DNA from: an uncultured Oscillospiraceae bacterium | Lineage (GTDB): Bacteria; Bacillota; Clostridia; Christensenellales; CAG-138 | Direction of reading: 5' to 3' | Assembly: GCA_964495255.1 (NCBI GenBank) | Contig: CAZBVC010000004.1 | Coordinates: 953 to 64,952 of the forward strand | Length of the DNA: 64,000 bases | In this document: piece after piece, positions 9,098 through 20,408 of the stretch | Layout: the number at the start of each line of letters is the position of its first letter | Position numbering within the stretch: position 1 is the stretch's first letter | Position numbers and translations under genes: made by a program | Notes under the pieces: generated by a model | The model's input: the letters and a program-made list of their open reading frames with translations, nothing else | Told to the model about the DNA's origin: nothing | Databases searched by the model: none

Positions 9098-10441
9098 TTA
9101 CGCATTCGCTTCCGTTTCGCCCGATTGAACCGTCGCAAACAGATAATCGTCGATTCGATCGCCGATGTGGTCGATGAGCAGATCCTCCGCGCGGTTTTGG
9201 ATATTCCCCGCACGCACGGCGGCATACTGCTGCGGCAGATATTGGCAAAGCAGCGTCAGCGGGATCTCGACGGCGTTCAGGTTTGTAAGCAGGCGTTGAA
9301 TCGCGCTTTGGATCTCCGGCTCGGGCAGGTAATAGCGGATGCGATCCGAAAAGCTGAACGCGCGCGCCAAATCGATGTACGCCCGGTCGCCATGGTAATA
9401 CTTTTGCCATTGCGCGGGCTTTTCCAGCATCACGCGATCCATCACCGCGCGCAGGTCGCTTATTTCAAAGCCGCACAGCGCCGCAAGCTCGTTTTCGATG
9501 CTCGCAAGCGCGAACAGCCCCTCTCTTAACGCAAACGTCAGCGCGGGCCCGACCTTGAGAATCGCCACGCCGTCGCTCACCAGCTCGAACAGCTTTTGCT
9601 TTGATTGATAGTCCGTCGAATGCCCCTCGAATACCACGCCGTCCGTGTCGGAAAGCGCCGCCATCAGGCTTTGCGCCGCGTCGGGATCGTATTCCACAAC
9701 GGACTGATCCGCAAATTCGACGCCCGGCTGCACGACCAGCGCAACCACGCGCCGCCATGCCTTTGTCACGCCCGCCTGCCGAAACGCCGCGCCAAAGGCG
9801 GTAAGCGTTTGCATACAGTCCGCGCGCAATGTGACCGAAACCGCGTCCTCGTTCTGCGTCGCGCCGCCGGGGATCGGCACCTCGCTGCCAATGACGTACA
9901 CGGGCGGAACGGCGTTCGGAACCTGTTCCAGCCGCTTTGCATACGCCCGCTCCGCAACGGCGCAAAGCCGCGCGCCGCGCGAGGCGATCACCTCGTCGGA
10001 AAGACGCGCGGTTGGGTCGTCGTCGCCCAGGCGCATACTCGTGTCCAAATGAATCTTCACATAGCCCGCAAGAACATAGTCGTTTACAAGCGTGTCCGCG
10101 CGCGCCATCGCCTCCGCCTCTGGCAGGTTTGCCCATGTCAGCGGGCCCAAATGGTCGCCGCCCAATAGGAGGCGCTCCAAAGGAAAGCGCTCCTCTTTTG
10201 CGATGCGTTCGACAAACAAAAGAAAATCGGCGGGACGCATACCCGTATAACCGCCGAATTGATTGACCTGATTCGCGGTGGACTCGATCAATACGGGCGT
10301 GTCGCTCGCCTTGGCGCGCCGCATCGCCGCCCGCAGAACGTACTCGTTCGCGCTGCAACAGGAGTAGATTCCCCTCTGCCGCGCCGTTTTCCGCGCCGTT
10401 ATAATCGTTTGGATCGGGTTTGTCGCCTGCATCGTATCCAT
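9098..10441 (-). CDS. GatZ/KbaZ-family tagatose-bisphosphate aldolase non-catalytic subunit / tagatose-6-phosphate kinase-like protein.
   Basis: IYSCCSANEYVLRAAM...VLIESTANQVNQFGGYTGMRPADF matches the GatZ/KbaZ N-terminus. I chose ATG 10441 because the SD GAAGGAG lies 9 nt upstream. Confidence 0.8.
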   Translation of the reverse strand: MDTMQATNPIQTIITARKTARQRGIYSCCSANEYVLRAAMRRAKASDTPVLIESTANQVNQFGGYTGMRPADFLLFVERIAKEERFPLERLLLGGDHLGPLTWANLPEAEAMARADTLVNDYVLAGYVKIHLDTSMRLGDDDPTARLSDEVIASRGARLCAVAERAYAKRLEQVPNAVPPVYVIGSEVPIPGGATQNEDAVSVTLRADCMQTLTAFGAAFRQAGVTKAWRRVVALVVQPGVEFADQSVVEYDPDAAQSLMAALSDTDGVVFEGHSTDYQSKQKLFELVSDGVAILKVGPALTFALREGLFALASIENELAALCGFEISDLRAVMDRVMLEKPAQWQKYYHGDRAYIDLARAFSFSDRIRYYLPEPEIQSAIQRLLTNLNAVEIPLTLLCQYLPQQYAAVRAGNIQNRAEDLLIDHIGDRIDDYLFATVQSGETEANA

Positions 10442-10590
10442 ATCCATCTGCTCCTTCGTTCGCTCTGCATTCGCGCCGTTTTTACGCGCGTCCGAATAAC
10501 CGTGTTTAGCATCATGATACTCATTTCTCGCGATTTTGTCCACCGTTACCGTATCGGTTGAAAAATCGCGGTTTTCATGCCTGCGCGCGT

Positions 10591-10619
10591 TTGACGAACC
10601 TTGCCTGCGGCTCTATAAT
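10591..10619 (+). promoter_or_regulatory. Sigma-A-type promoter for nagA: TTGACG-N17-TATAAT.
   Basis: Near-consensus hexamers with a 17-nt spacer, 45 nt upstream of the nagA ATG. The SD GAAGGAGG follows. Confidence 0.7.
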
Positions 10620-10663
10620 GCAGACAGAAGCGCTTTTGCGCATGAACCGAAGGAGGTCATTCT

Positions 10664-11794
10664 ATGCTGCTGCGTTTTGCCCAAGTCTTTACCGAAGCGG
10701 GCGTGTTCGCGCCCTGCGATGTTGCGCTTTCTGGCGACCGTATTCGCGCAGTCGGCGAAAACCTGCCGCTCGAAGCGGAAAGCCTCGACCTCGGCGGCAA
10801 ATATCTGCTGCCGGGTTTGGTGGACGTTCATACCCATGGCGCGGTCGGCGCGGATTTCAGCGACGGCGACGCTGCGGGCAATCATCGCATGGCGGCGTAC
10901 CTGCTTTCCTGCGGCGTAACCTCGTATCTCGGCACGTCGATGTCCCTTTCCGAAACGGTGCTCGCGCGCGATTTTGCGCTTGCGCGCGCGCAGGTTTCCG
11001 AGCGCGACCCGCATTACGCGGTCATGCGCGGCGTCAACATGGAAGGGCCGTTTATTTCGAAGCAGAAATGCGGCGCGCAAAACCTCGACTATATCATGGA
11101 TCCCGATTGCGAGATGTTCCGCCGGTTGTATGCAGCAAGCGGCGAGAGCATCCGCCTTGTGGATATTGCGCCCGAAACGGACGGCGCGACGACGTTTATC
11201 GAGCAGATCGCCCCGCTTTGCACCGTCTCGCTCGCGCACACGGCGGCGACATACGATGTTTCGGCGGCGGCATACCGCGCGGGCGCAGCGCACGCGACGC
11301 ACCTGTTTAACGGCATGAACGCCTTCGCGCATCGCGACCCGGGCACGGTCGGCGCGGCGATGGATTTCGCGTCCCATGCGGAGCTGATCTGCGACGGGCT
11401 GCATGTGCATCCCTCCGTCGTGCGGATGGTGTTTCGCGTGTTCGGCGACAAGCGCGTCTGCCTCATCAGCGACTCCATGCGCGCCTGCGGTATGCCGAAC
11501 GGAAAATACGATCTTGGCGGGCAGGAGGTTACCGTTTTGGACGGGCGCGCGACCATCGGCAACGGCTCGCTTGCGGGCAGCGTGGCAAACCTGTTTGCCT
11601 GCATGAAGAACGCGATCGCTTTCGGCGTCCCGCGCGAGCAGGCGATCCTTGCGGCAACGCGCAACCCCGCCGCCGCCGCCCATATCGACGACGAGGTCGG
11701 TTCGATTGCCGCGGGCAAGGTCGCCGACCTGCTGATCTTGGACGAGGCGTTCGAGCTTTGCGGCGTCATCCATCTGGGACAACGAGTCTCCTGA
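10664..11794 (+). CDS. nagA: N-acetylglucosamine-6-phosphate deacetylase.
   Basis: LLPGLVDVHTHG metal-binding motif and the amidohydrolase fold pattern; 376 aa. Confidence 0.9.
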   Translation: MLLRFAQVFTEAGVFAPCDVALSGDRIRAVGENLPLEAESLDLGGKYLLPGLVDVHTHGAVGADFSDGDAAGNHRMAAYLLSCGVTSYLGTSMSLSETVLARDFALARAQVSERDPHYAVMRGVNMEGPFISKQKCGAQNLDYIMDPDCEMFRRLYAASGESIRLVDIAPETDGATTFIEQIAPLCTVSLAHTAATYDVSAAAYRAGAAHATHLFNGMNAFAHRDPGTVGAAMDFASHAELICDGLHVHPSVVRMVFRVFGDKRVCLISDSMRACGMPNGKYDLGGQEVTVLDGRATIGNGSLAGSVANLFACMKNAIAFGVPREQAILAATRNPAAAAHIDDEVGSIAAGKVADLLILDEAFELCGVIHLGQRVS

Positions 11795-11830
11795 CCGCTG
11801 CGTTCCGTTTCCCGCGATTTTTTCATACGC

Positions 11831-11864
11831 AAAAGCGCCGTTCGACAGGGAGCGGCGTTTTTTT
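11831..11864. terminator. Intrinsic terminator between the convergent nagA and glgA genes.
   Basis: Stem CGCCGTTC/GAGCGGCG with a 6-nt loop, followed by T7 and preceded by A4. Confidence 0.6.
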
Positions 11865-11882
11865 CGTTTGGGGCGCGGCTGT

Positions 11883-13355
11883 TCAGCCCTTTTTCTTCGC
11901 GTTTTTCGACACGGTTCTTGGGGGAAGCGTCATGCTTTCATACAGCAGCTTATACTCCCTTGCCGAGCGCGTCCAACCGAAATCTGCGGCCATACCGCGC
12001 GAAACCAGTCTTTGCCACATGGGCTTGTCGTCAAACCAATAGCGCGCCGCGCGCTCGATCGTATACAGCATCTCGTGCGCGTTATAGTTCGCGAACGAAA
12101 AGCCCAAGCCCTCGTCGGTAAACTTATTGTACGGCGTGATCGTATCCTTCAAACCGCCCGTTTCCCGCACGATCGGCACGCTGCCGTAACGCAGCGCGAT
12201 CATTTGGCTCAAACCGCACGGCTCGAACTGGGACGGCATGAGAAAGAGATCCGAGCCGGCGTAGATGCGATGCGCAAAGCCCTCGTCCAGCTCGATGCGC
12301 GCATGCACGCGATGCGGATAGCGCCAGTTCGCCCAGTTGAGCATATCGACAAAGCGCCTGTCGCCTTTGCCGAGGAACACAAGCTGCACGCCGCAGCCCA
12401 ATATCTCATCCAGCACGCGCTCGACCAAGTCCAGCCCCTTTTGCGGCGAAAGGCGCGCGATCATGCCGATGATCGGCACGTCCTTCTCCTCGAGCCCGCA
12501 TTCCTGTTGCAAAAGGCGCTTGCATTCCGCCTTGCCCCCCATCTCCTCGCGGCTGAAATGCGCCGTCAGGAAACGATCGGTCGCGGGATCGAATATCGCT
12601 TGGTCGATGCCGTTCAAGATGCCCGAAAGCGTGTTCGCGCGCGCGCGCAAAAGCCCGTCGAGGTTTTCGCCGTAGTACGCGGTTTGGATCTCCTTTGCAT
12701 AGGTCGGGCTGACGGTCGAAATGCGGTCGGCAAACACGAGCCCCGCCTTCATGCAACTGATGCAGCCGTAAAACTCTAAATAGTCGCTCGTAAAATATCG
12801 CTCGTCCAAGCCCAGCCGCCCCGCGATCTCCTTCCACATAAACAAGCCCTGATACCGCAGGTTATGGATGGTGAACACGGTTTTGATGGGCGCATAGTCG
12901 GGGCTCGGGGCATACTGCGTGCGCAAAAGCGCGGCGACAAGACCCGTTTGCCAATCGTTCAAATGCAGCACGTCGGGATACCAGTTCAGGCGCGGCAGCG
13001 CTTCCAGCACCGCGCGGCAGAAGAACGCGAACCGCAGCCCCTCGCGCGCGCCGTCCCCATAGATCTCGTCCACATAGAAGAACGTTTCGTTGTCGATAAA
13101 GTAGTAGGTCACGCCGTTGTCCGTTACGCTCTCCACGCCGCAAAAGAGCTTTTCCCAGCCGAAGAGCACCTCGAAGGAGCAAACGTGCTCCATACGCTCC
13201 TTCCAGTAATCGTCGATCATGCGGTATTTCGGCAGAATCACGCGCACGTCCTCGCCCGCCTGTTTGAGCGCGACGGGAAGCGCGCCGATAACGTCCGCCA
13301 AGCCGCCCGTCTTGACAAACGGAACGCACTCGCTTGCGCAAACCAAGATCTTCAT
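11883..13355 (-). CDS. glgA: Glycogen synthase (ADP-glucose type).
   Basis: MKILVCASECVPFVKTGGLADV N-terminus; 490 aa. Confidence 0.95.
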   Translation of the reverse strand: MKILVCASECVPFVKTGGLADVIGALPVALKQAGEDVRVILPKYRMIDDYWKERMEHVCSFEVLFGWEKLFCGVESVTDNGVTYYFIDNETFFYVDEIYGDGAREGLRFAFFCRAVLEALPRLNWYPDVLHLNDWQTGLVAALLRTQYAPSPDYAPIKTVFTIHNLRYQGLFMWKEIAGRLGLDERYFTSDYLEFYGCISCMKAGLVFADRISTVSPTYAKEIQTAYYGENLDGLLRARANTLSGILNGIDQAIFDPATDRFLTAHFSREEMGGKAECKRLLQQECGLEEKDVPIIGMIARLSPQKGLDLVERVLDEILGCGVQLVFLGKGDRRFVDMLNWANWRYPHRVHARIELDEGFAHRIYAGSDLFLMPSQFEPCGLSQMIALRYGSVPIVRETGGLKDTITPYNKFTDEGLGFSFANYNAHEMLYTIERAARYWFDDKPMWQRLVSRGMAADFGWTRSAREYKLLYESMTLPPRTVSKNAKKKG

Positions 13356-13431
13356 AGCCTATTCCCTCGTTTTCTTCCCTTTCGGCCCGATTTGTTTCCT
13401 CCCGAGCCGCCATGCGGCTTTTCTTCGCCCG

Positions 13432-14552
13432 CTAGATCGTCAAGCCCTTGCGCAGCACCACGGGGCAGCCCTTTTCGCCGCGCAGCGAGCGCCCGTCTCG
13501 AATCGTTACGCCCTTATCCAGAATGACATACTCCAAATGGCAGTCCGCGCCGATCGTTACGCCCTGCATCACGATGCTCTCGCGCACCACGCTGCCCGCG
13601 CCCACGCTCACGCCGCGGAAGAATATGCTGTCCTCCACCGTGCCGTCGATGGAGCAGCCGTCGGCAAGCAGCGCATTTTGGCAAATCGCGTTGTCGCCAT
13701 AGCGCGCGCTGACCTCGTCCTTAACCTTGGTATAGATCGGATGCGCGGGATGGAACAGCTCCGCGCGAATCCCGTCGTCCAACAGCGCCATGTTATGGCG
13801 ATAATAGTCGTTCACGCTGTCCAACCGCGCCACAAACCCGTCATAGCGATAGCCCATCACCCGAAGCGTCGCGCATTTTCTCAGCAGAACGTCGCGCAAA
13901 AAGTCGTATTCCCCGCGCGCATATGCTTCCTCAACCAGGTATTCGAGCAGCTTCTTGTCCATCACGAACACGTCGCAGCTGCGATGCGTCGAGCTTGGGC
14001 GGTAGGAGTCCAGCTCCATGGCGGTCACGCGCCCGCTTTCGTCCGGCATGAACCGCAGATCGCTGTTTTGCTCCTCGTCCGCCACGAGCGGCGCCTCGTT
14101 ATACAAAACCGTTACGTCCGCGCGCGTCTCGGCATGGTAAGAGAGCATCTCCTCAAACGTCATGTTGAATATCGTATGGCTGCCCGAGAGTATGACGTAT
14201 TGCTCGGGGCAACGCCGCACATAGCCCATGCAGGAGCGGAGCGCGTCCACGCTGCCGCGATACAGACCCGTGTTCTCCTTGGTCATAAACGGCGGAAGGA
14301 TGAAAAGCCCCTCGCGCTTCCTGTGCAGATCCCATTCCTTGCCCGCGCCCAAATGATCCATGAGCGAATGATAGTTTTTCTGCGTGATAAGCCCAACGCT
14401 CGTCACGCCCGAATTCACAAGGTCGGACAGAATAAAGTCAATGCAGCGATAGCGCCCGCCGAACGGAACCGCCGCCACGCTGCGCGAAAACGCCAGATCC
14501 TTCAGGTAAGGGTTGCTGTCGCCCGTATAGATAAGACCGAACGCGTTGGCGA

Positions 14553-14556
<4 letters not shown>
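13432..14556 (-). CDS. glgD: Glucose-1-phosphate adenylyltransferase regulatory subunit GlgD.
   Basis: [19 protein letters not shown] without the GGxGxRL motif. GTG start at 14556 with a GGAGG SD, overlapping the glgC stop (GTGA). Confidence 0.85.
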
Positions 14557-15772
<1,216 letters not shown>

Positions 15773-15776
<4 letters not shown>

Positions 15777-17689
15777 GAATCGTCCTCCTTCTCATCGCAT
15801 GTTTCGCAAGGGTACTCGATCGAATCTTCGTTTATGGCAAAGCACACCGCGCCGAACGGCGGGATGCGCAGGCGGATGCGGTAGGGATGCGCGCCGTAGG
15901 GCTCGTCCAGCGCGGATATTGACGCGTTGGGATAGTCGCCCGTGCCGCCGTAATAGGGCGCGTCGCTGGAGAACACCTCCTCGTATACGCCGTATTTCGG
16001 CACGCCGAGCATATAATCCTCCCATGGGACGGGCGTAAAGTTGAACGCCCACAAGAGCGAATTTCCCTCCCGATCGGAACGGATGAACGAGAGGATGGAG
16101 TGGATATTGTCGTCCACGCCGCACCAGGTAAAGCCCTCCCAGGAATCGTCCGCTTCGTAGAGCGCGGGCGAATTCGTATAAAAGTGGTTCAAATCGCGCA
16201 CATACGCCTGCATCTCGCTGTGCTTCGGATAATCCAGCAGGAACCAATCCAGCGAATCGTCAAACTTCCATTCGATAAACTGCCCGAATTCGTCGCCCAT
16301 AAACATGAGCTTCTTGCCGGGATGCGCAAACTGATACGCGAACAAAAGCCGGAGCTGCGCAAACTGCCGCCAGTAGTCGCCCGGCATTTTGGAAAGCAGG
16401 CTCTTTTTCCCGCAAACCACCTCGTCATGCGAAAACGGCAGCACGAAATGCTCGGAAAACGCGTACATGAGCGAGAACGTCAGCTTCTCGTGATGATAGC
16501 GGCGATACAGGCTGTCCAGCTCCATATAGGAAAGCACGTCGTTCATCCAGCCCATGTTCCATTTGAACGTGAACCCCAGCCCGCCGTCCTCGCTTAGGCG
16601 CGTCACATACGGGTAGGACGAGCTTTCCTCGGCAAACAGCATCTTGCCGCCCGGCAGCGCGGATACCGCGTTTGACAGCTTCTTGAAGAACGCCACCGCC
16701 GCGAGATTGTCCCTGCCGCCATAGGCGTTGGGCAGCCACTCGCCGTCCTGCTTGCCAAAGTCGAGATACAGCATGCAGCTCACCGCGTCCACGCGAATCC
16801 CGTCAAAATGATACTCGTTCAGCCAGAACATCGCGGACGAGAGCAGAAACGACTGCACCTGCGTCTTTTCAAAATCGAACAGCACCGTTCCCCATTGCGG
16901 CATTTCGCTGCGGCGCGGATCGGGATGCTCAAACAAAGGCGTGCCGTCGAACAGCCGCAAGCCATGCGCGTCGCGCGTGAAATGCGCGGGCACCCAGTCC
17001 ATAATGACGCCGACGCCCTTTTTATGCGCGCAGTCAACGAAATACATCAGGTCGGAAGGGTCGCCGTAACGCGTGGTGGCGGAAAAGTAGCCCGTTACCT
17101 GATAGCCCCAGCTCGGGTCGTACGGATACGCCATGATCGGCATAAGCTCGATATGCGTATATCCCATGTCCGCAACATAGTCCACCAGCTCCTGCGCAAG
17201 CGCGCGGTAGGAAAGCCCGCGCTTCCAGGAGCCCAAATGCACCTCGTAAATGCTCATGGGCTTGTCGAACGGTTCGCCGCACGACGCCTCGTATGCTTCA
17301 TCCGTCCAATCGTAGTGCGGAATGTCCGACACCACGGAGGCCGTGCCGTGCGCCTCGCCGCGGAACGCGAAAGGATCCGCCTTCAACAGAATCTCGCCCG
17401 TGTATGCGCCGATGGCATACTTGTAAAGATCGCCCTCGTGCGCGACGCCGACGCGAACCTCCCAAACGCCCGTCGTGCCGACGCGGCTCATCGGATCCGC
17501 CTCGATATTCCAGCGGTTGAACGTTCCGACCACGCTGACGCATTCGGCGTTCGGCGCCCACACCGCGAAGCGATAAACGGGTTCGCCGTATTCGCCCGTT
17601 TCGAGATGGCAGCCCAGCGATTCGTAGGCGGCGGTGGATACGCCCTCATTGAAATAGTATAAAGCGGTTTCGTCCATATATGCACGCAT
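15773..17689 (-). CDS. glgB: 1,4-alpha-glucan branching enzyme.
   Basis: GH13 branching-enzyme pattern ([21 protein letters not shown]...). I chose ATG 17689 because the SD GGAGGTG lies 6 nt upstream. Confidence 0.95.
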
Positions 17690-17763
17690 GCGATACACCT
17701 CCGAGGAAACACCCTTATCTTGCTTCCATCATATCATTTTACGCGCGCAAATGGAACAGGGTA

Positions 17764-17772
17764 TGATATAAT
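17764..17772 (+). promoter_or_regulatory. Extended -10 element TGATATAAT upstream of the AEC transporter gene.
   Basis: TGnTATAAT lies 87 nt upstream of ATG 17859. No strong -35 element. Confidence 0.45.
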
Positions 17773-17858
17773 CACTTCGCAAACGATGCTCTTTTCCGTC
17801 GCCGCCACGCCGCGCGGCGGATCAAAAAGCCGTGATTTTCGGATAAAGGACTTTTTTC

Positions 17859-18797
17859 ATGCAAAACCTGCTGCTCTCGTTCAACGTTGTCGCGCCGCTG
17901 ATGGTCTATATGCTCATCGGCGCGCTGCTTCGCCGCTTTCATATCGTTTCCGAGGATGTGATGCGCGGCGTCAACCGCATCGTGTTTTTTGTCATCATTC
18001 CCGCGCTCTGCTTTACGAAGATCTCGGCATGCAGTCTTTCGGAGGTGTTCCAAACGCCGTATCTGCTGCTGCTGGCGCTGTTCGTGATCGGGCTGTTCGT
18101 TCTTTCGTTTCTGCTTGTGCCGCTCTTTGAAAAGGACGATCGCCGCCGCGGCGTGCTCATACAGGGCGTGTTTCGCTCCAACGACGCGATATTCGGCCTG
18201 CCCGTCGCCGCCGCGCTGTTCGGAGACGATCATTTGACGCTGATGACGCTTGGCGTGGCGATTTCCGTGCCGCTGTTCAATATCTGCGCCGTAATCGCGA
18301 TGGAGCGCTACCGCGGCGGCAAGATCAACGTTTTGCGCATGCTCCTTCAAATCGTCAAAAACCCGATTGTCATCAGCTGCGTGCTTGGGCTTGTTTTTAA
18401 CGTTTGCGGTCTGCGCCTTCCGTCGTTTCTCTCAACACCGATTTCTTCGCTCGGCTCCACCGCCGCGCCCATCGCGTTCATTGCCCTCGGCGGGCTGCTC
18501 TCCCTCGGCTCGATTCAAAAAAACCGCCGCGTGATCGCAGTTGTTTCCGTCATACGTCTGATTCTCGTGCCGTCTTTTGTCATCGGCATTCTGTACGCAT
18601 GCGGCTTTCGCGGCGAGCCGCTTGTCGTCGCGTTGATTCTCTACGGCGCGCCCGTCGCCATGACCACCTGCTCGATGGCGGCCGCCATGGGCGCGGATGA
18701 CGAGCTTGCCGCCGAGCTGGTCGCCGTTACGAGCGCGCTCTCGATTTTGACCATGTTTCTGTTTATCTTTCTGTTCAAGCAACTGGGGGTGTTTTGA
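17859..18797 (+). CDS. AEC-family (auxin efflux carrier / malate permease-like) transporter.
   Basis: A 312-aa polytopic membrane protein with a typical AEC N-terminus (VAPLMVYMLIGALLRR). Confidence 0.8.
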   Translation: MQNLLLSFNVVAPLMVYMLIGALLRRFHIVSEDVMRGVNRIVFFVIIPALCFTKISACSLSEVFQTPYLLLLALFVIGLFVLSFLLVPLFEKDDRRRGVLIQGVFRSNDAIFGLPVAAALFGDDHLTLMTLGVAISVPLFNICAVIAMERYRGGKINVLRMLLQIVKNPIVISCVLGLVFNVCGLRLPSFLSTPISSLGSTAAPIAFIALGGLLSLGSIQKNRRVIAVVSVIRLILVPSFVIGILYACGFRGEPLVVALILYGAPVAMTTCSMAAAMGADDELAAELVAVTSALSILTMFLFIFLFKQLGVF

Positions 18798-20020
18798 TGG
18801 CGACCAAAAAGCTGTATGACGCGGACAGCCGCTTATTGACCGCGGAGGCGATCGTGCGCGCCTGCGATCCGTTAAAGGACGGCGGATATGACGTTTTGCT
18901 CGATCAGACCGTGTTTTTCCCCGAGGAGGGCGGTCAGCCGTCCGATTTGGGCAAAATGGACGAAGCAAACGTATTGCATTGCCGCATCGAGGGCGACGAG
19001 CTCATTCACCATGTCGACGCGCCGCTTCCCGTCGGTAAAACCGTCTCGCTTTCGGTGGACGACGCGCGGCGGTTTGACTTTATGCAGCAGCACACGGGCG
19101 AGCATCTGCTTTCGTTTTCGTTTTTCAAGCTGTTTTCCGCCGCAAACGTCGGCTTTCATCTTGCCGCGGCGGACTATTCCACGATCGATTTCGACAAACC
19201 GCTTACCGCCGACATGCTTCTTGCGGGCGAGCTGCTGGCAAATCGGCTCGTCTGGCGCGACCTGCCCGTGACCGCGACCTATTATGACGACGAGGAGCAA
19301 ACGCGCGCCCTGCCGCTGCGCAAGCGCGCCGAAGGGCTCAAAGGGCGCATCCGCATCGTCTCCATACGGGATGCGGACATGTGCACCTGCTGCGCGCCGC
19401 ATTGCCATACGACGGGCGAGATCGGCTGCATCCTGATAACCGACGCCGTGTCCTACAAAGGCGGCACGCGCGTAACGTTCGTTTGCGGTGGCCGCGCCCT
19501 TTCCTTTGCCAAGCACGCCGCGCTTTGCGAGGATACGATCGCGCGGCGCTTCTCCGTCGGACGCGGGCAGGCGCTCGACGCCGTGGCAAAGCTGTCAAGC
19601 GACTATGGCGCGCTGAAAAAACGCGAGCGCGAACTCTCCGAACGCGTGAACGGCTTCGTTTCCGCCGATCTCGGCAAAAGCGCGCGCAAAGCGGGCAAAT
19701 ACGCCTGCATCGTATCGCTGCAAAGCGGGATGGACGCGGCGTCCCTCAAGGAGCTTGCGCAGATGTGCGCCGTAAAGCATACGCTCGCCGTGCTGCTTTC
19801 CGCGCAGGCGGACGGCAGGCTTTTCTACGTCGTTTCGCTCGGCGAGGGCATATCCATTGACGTTTGCGAACTCATAGCCGCCGTAAACGCCGCAACGGGC
19901 GGCAAAGGCGGCGGGCGCAACGCGCTTGCGCAGGGCATGGCGCCGACGCAAAGCGGCGTGGAACAAACCGTTTCGCAGCTCGCCGACTATTTTGCAAAGC
20001 GCCTGTCCGCGCTCAAATAG
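18797..20020 (+). CDS. Alanyl-tRNA editing protein, AlaX-L type (AlaRS editing domain plus DHHA1-like C-terminus).
   Basis: FFPEEGGQPSD and the HTGEHLL zinc motif, followed by CCAPHC. The ATG overlaps the upstream stop (TGATG). Confidence 0.8.
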   Translation: MATKKLYDADSRLLTAEAIVRACDPLKDGGYDVLLDQTVFFPEEGGQPSDLGKMDEANVLHCRIEGDELIHHVDAPLPVGKTVSLSVDDARRFDFMQQHTGEHLLSFSFFKLFSAANVGFHLAAADYSTIDFDKPLTADMLLAGELLANRLVWRDLPVTATYYDDEEQTRALPLRKRAEGLKGRIRIVSIRDADMCTCCAPHCHTTGEIGCILITDAVSYKGGTRVTFVCGGRALSFAKHAALCEDTIARRFSVGRGQALDAVAKLSSDYGALKKRERELSERVNGFVSADLGKSARKAGKYACIVSLQSGMDAASLKELAQMCAVKHTLAVLLSAQADGRLFYVVSLGEGISIDVCELIAAVNAATGGKGGGRNALAQGMAPTQSGVEQTVSQLADYFAKRLSALK

Positions 20021-20046
20021 GCTGTCGTTCCCTCTCGCAAGCATAC

Positions 20047-20078
20047 AAAAAAGGGGTCGCGTTGAGGCGACTCCTTTT
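20047..20078. terminator. Bidirectional intrinsic terminator.
   Basis: A6-GGGGTCGC-gttgag-GCGACTCC-T4, between convergent genes. Confidence 0.7.
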
Positions 20079-20123
20079 CGATTCACAAAGAGAATGTCTG
20101 AATGTCTCTTTGCTCCCGTTTTC

Positions 20124-20306
20124 TTACAGACCCTTGAACAGCGTGCCCAGGAACAGCAAACCGTAAGCGGCGGTCATAAACCAGAACTTATAGCTGCTGA
20201 CAAATCCGCCGATAACGGGGATGGTGACGAACTGGCAAACAATCGCCAGCGCGGCAAGGATCAGCGCGATGATCCAAACGAGAACTTTCGGTGCGCTCAG
20301 TCTCAT
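20124..20306 (-). CDS. Small two-TM membrane protein of 60 aa, function unknown.
   Basis: MRLSAPKVLVWIIALILAALAIV... with SD GGGAGGG and its own promoter. Confidence 0.5.
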   Translation of the reverse strand: MRLSAPKVLVWIIALILAALAIVCQFVTIPVIGGFVSSYKFWFMTAAYGLLFLGTLFKGL

Positions 20307-20350
20307 AAAACAATACCCTCCCATATATATTTGGATAATTCCATCGTCAA

Positions 20351-20379
20351 ATTATACCACCAATATGCGAAAACGTCAC
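20351..20379 (-). promoter_or_regulatory. Promoter GTGACG-N17-TATAAT with a TG extension.
   Basis: Read on the minus strand, about 45 nt upstream of the small membrane protein ATG. Confidence 0.5.
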
Positions 20380-20408
20380 ACATTTTTTGGGGAACGCGCC
20401 AAGCGTTC

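Noticed and set aside
20383-20408. Hairpin GAACGC-5 nt-GCGTTC right after the GNAT gene stop, as a possible terminator.
   Set aside because: On the transcribed (minus) strand the stem is followed by an A-run, not a T-run. The T-run precedes the stem on the plus strand, so it is not a canonical intrinsic terminator in either direction.
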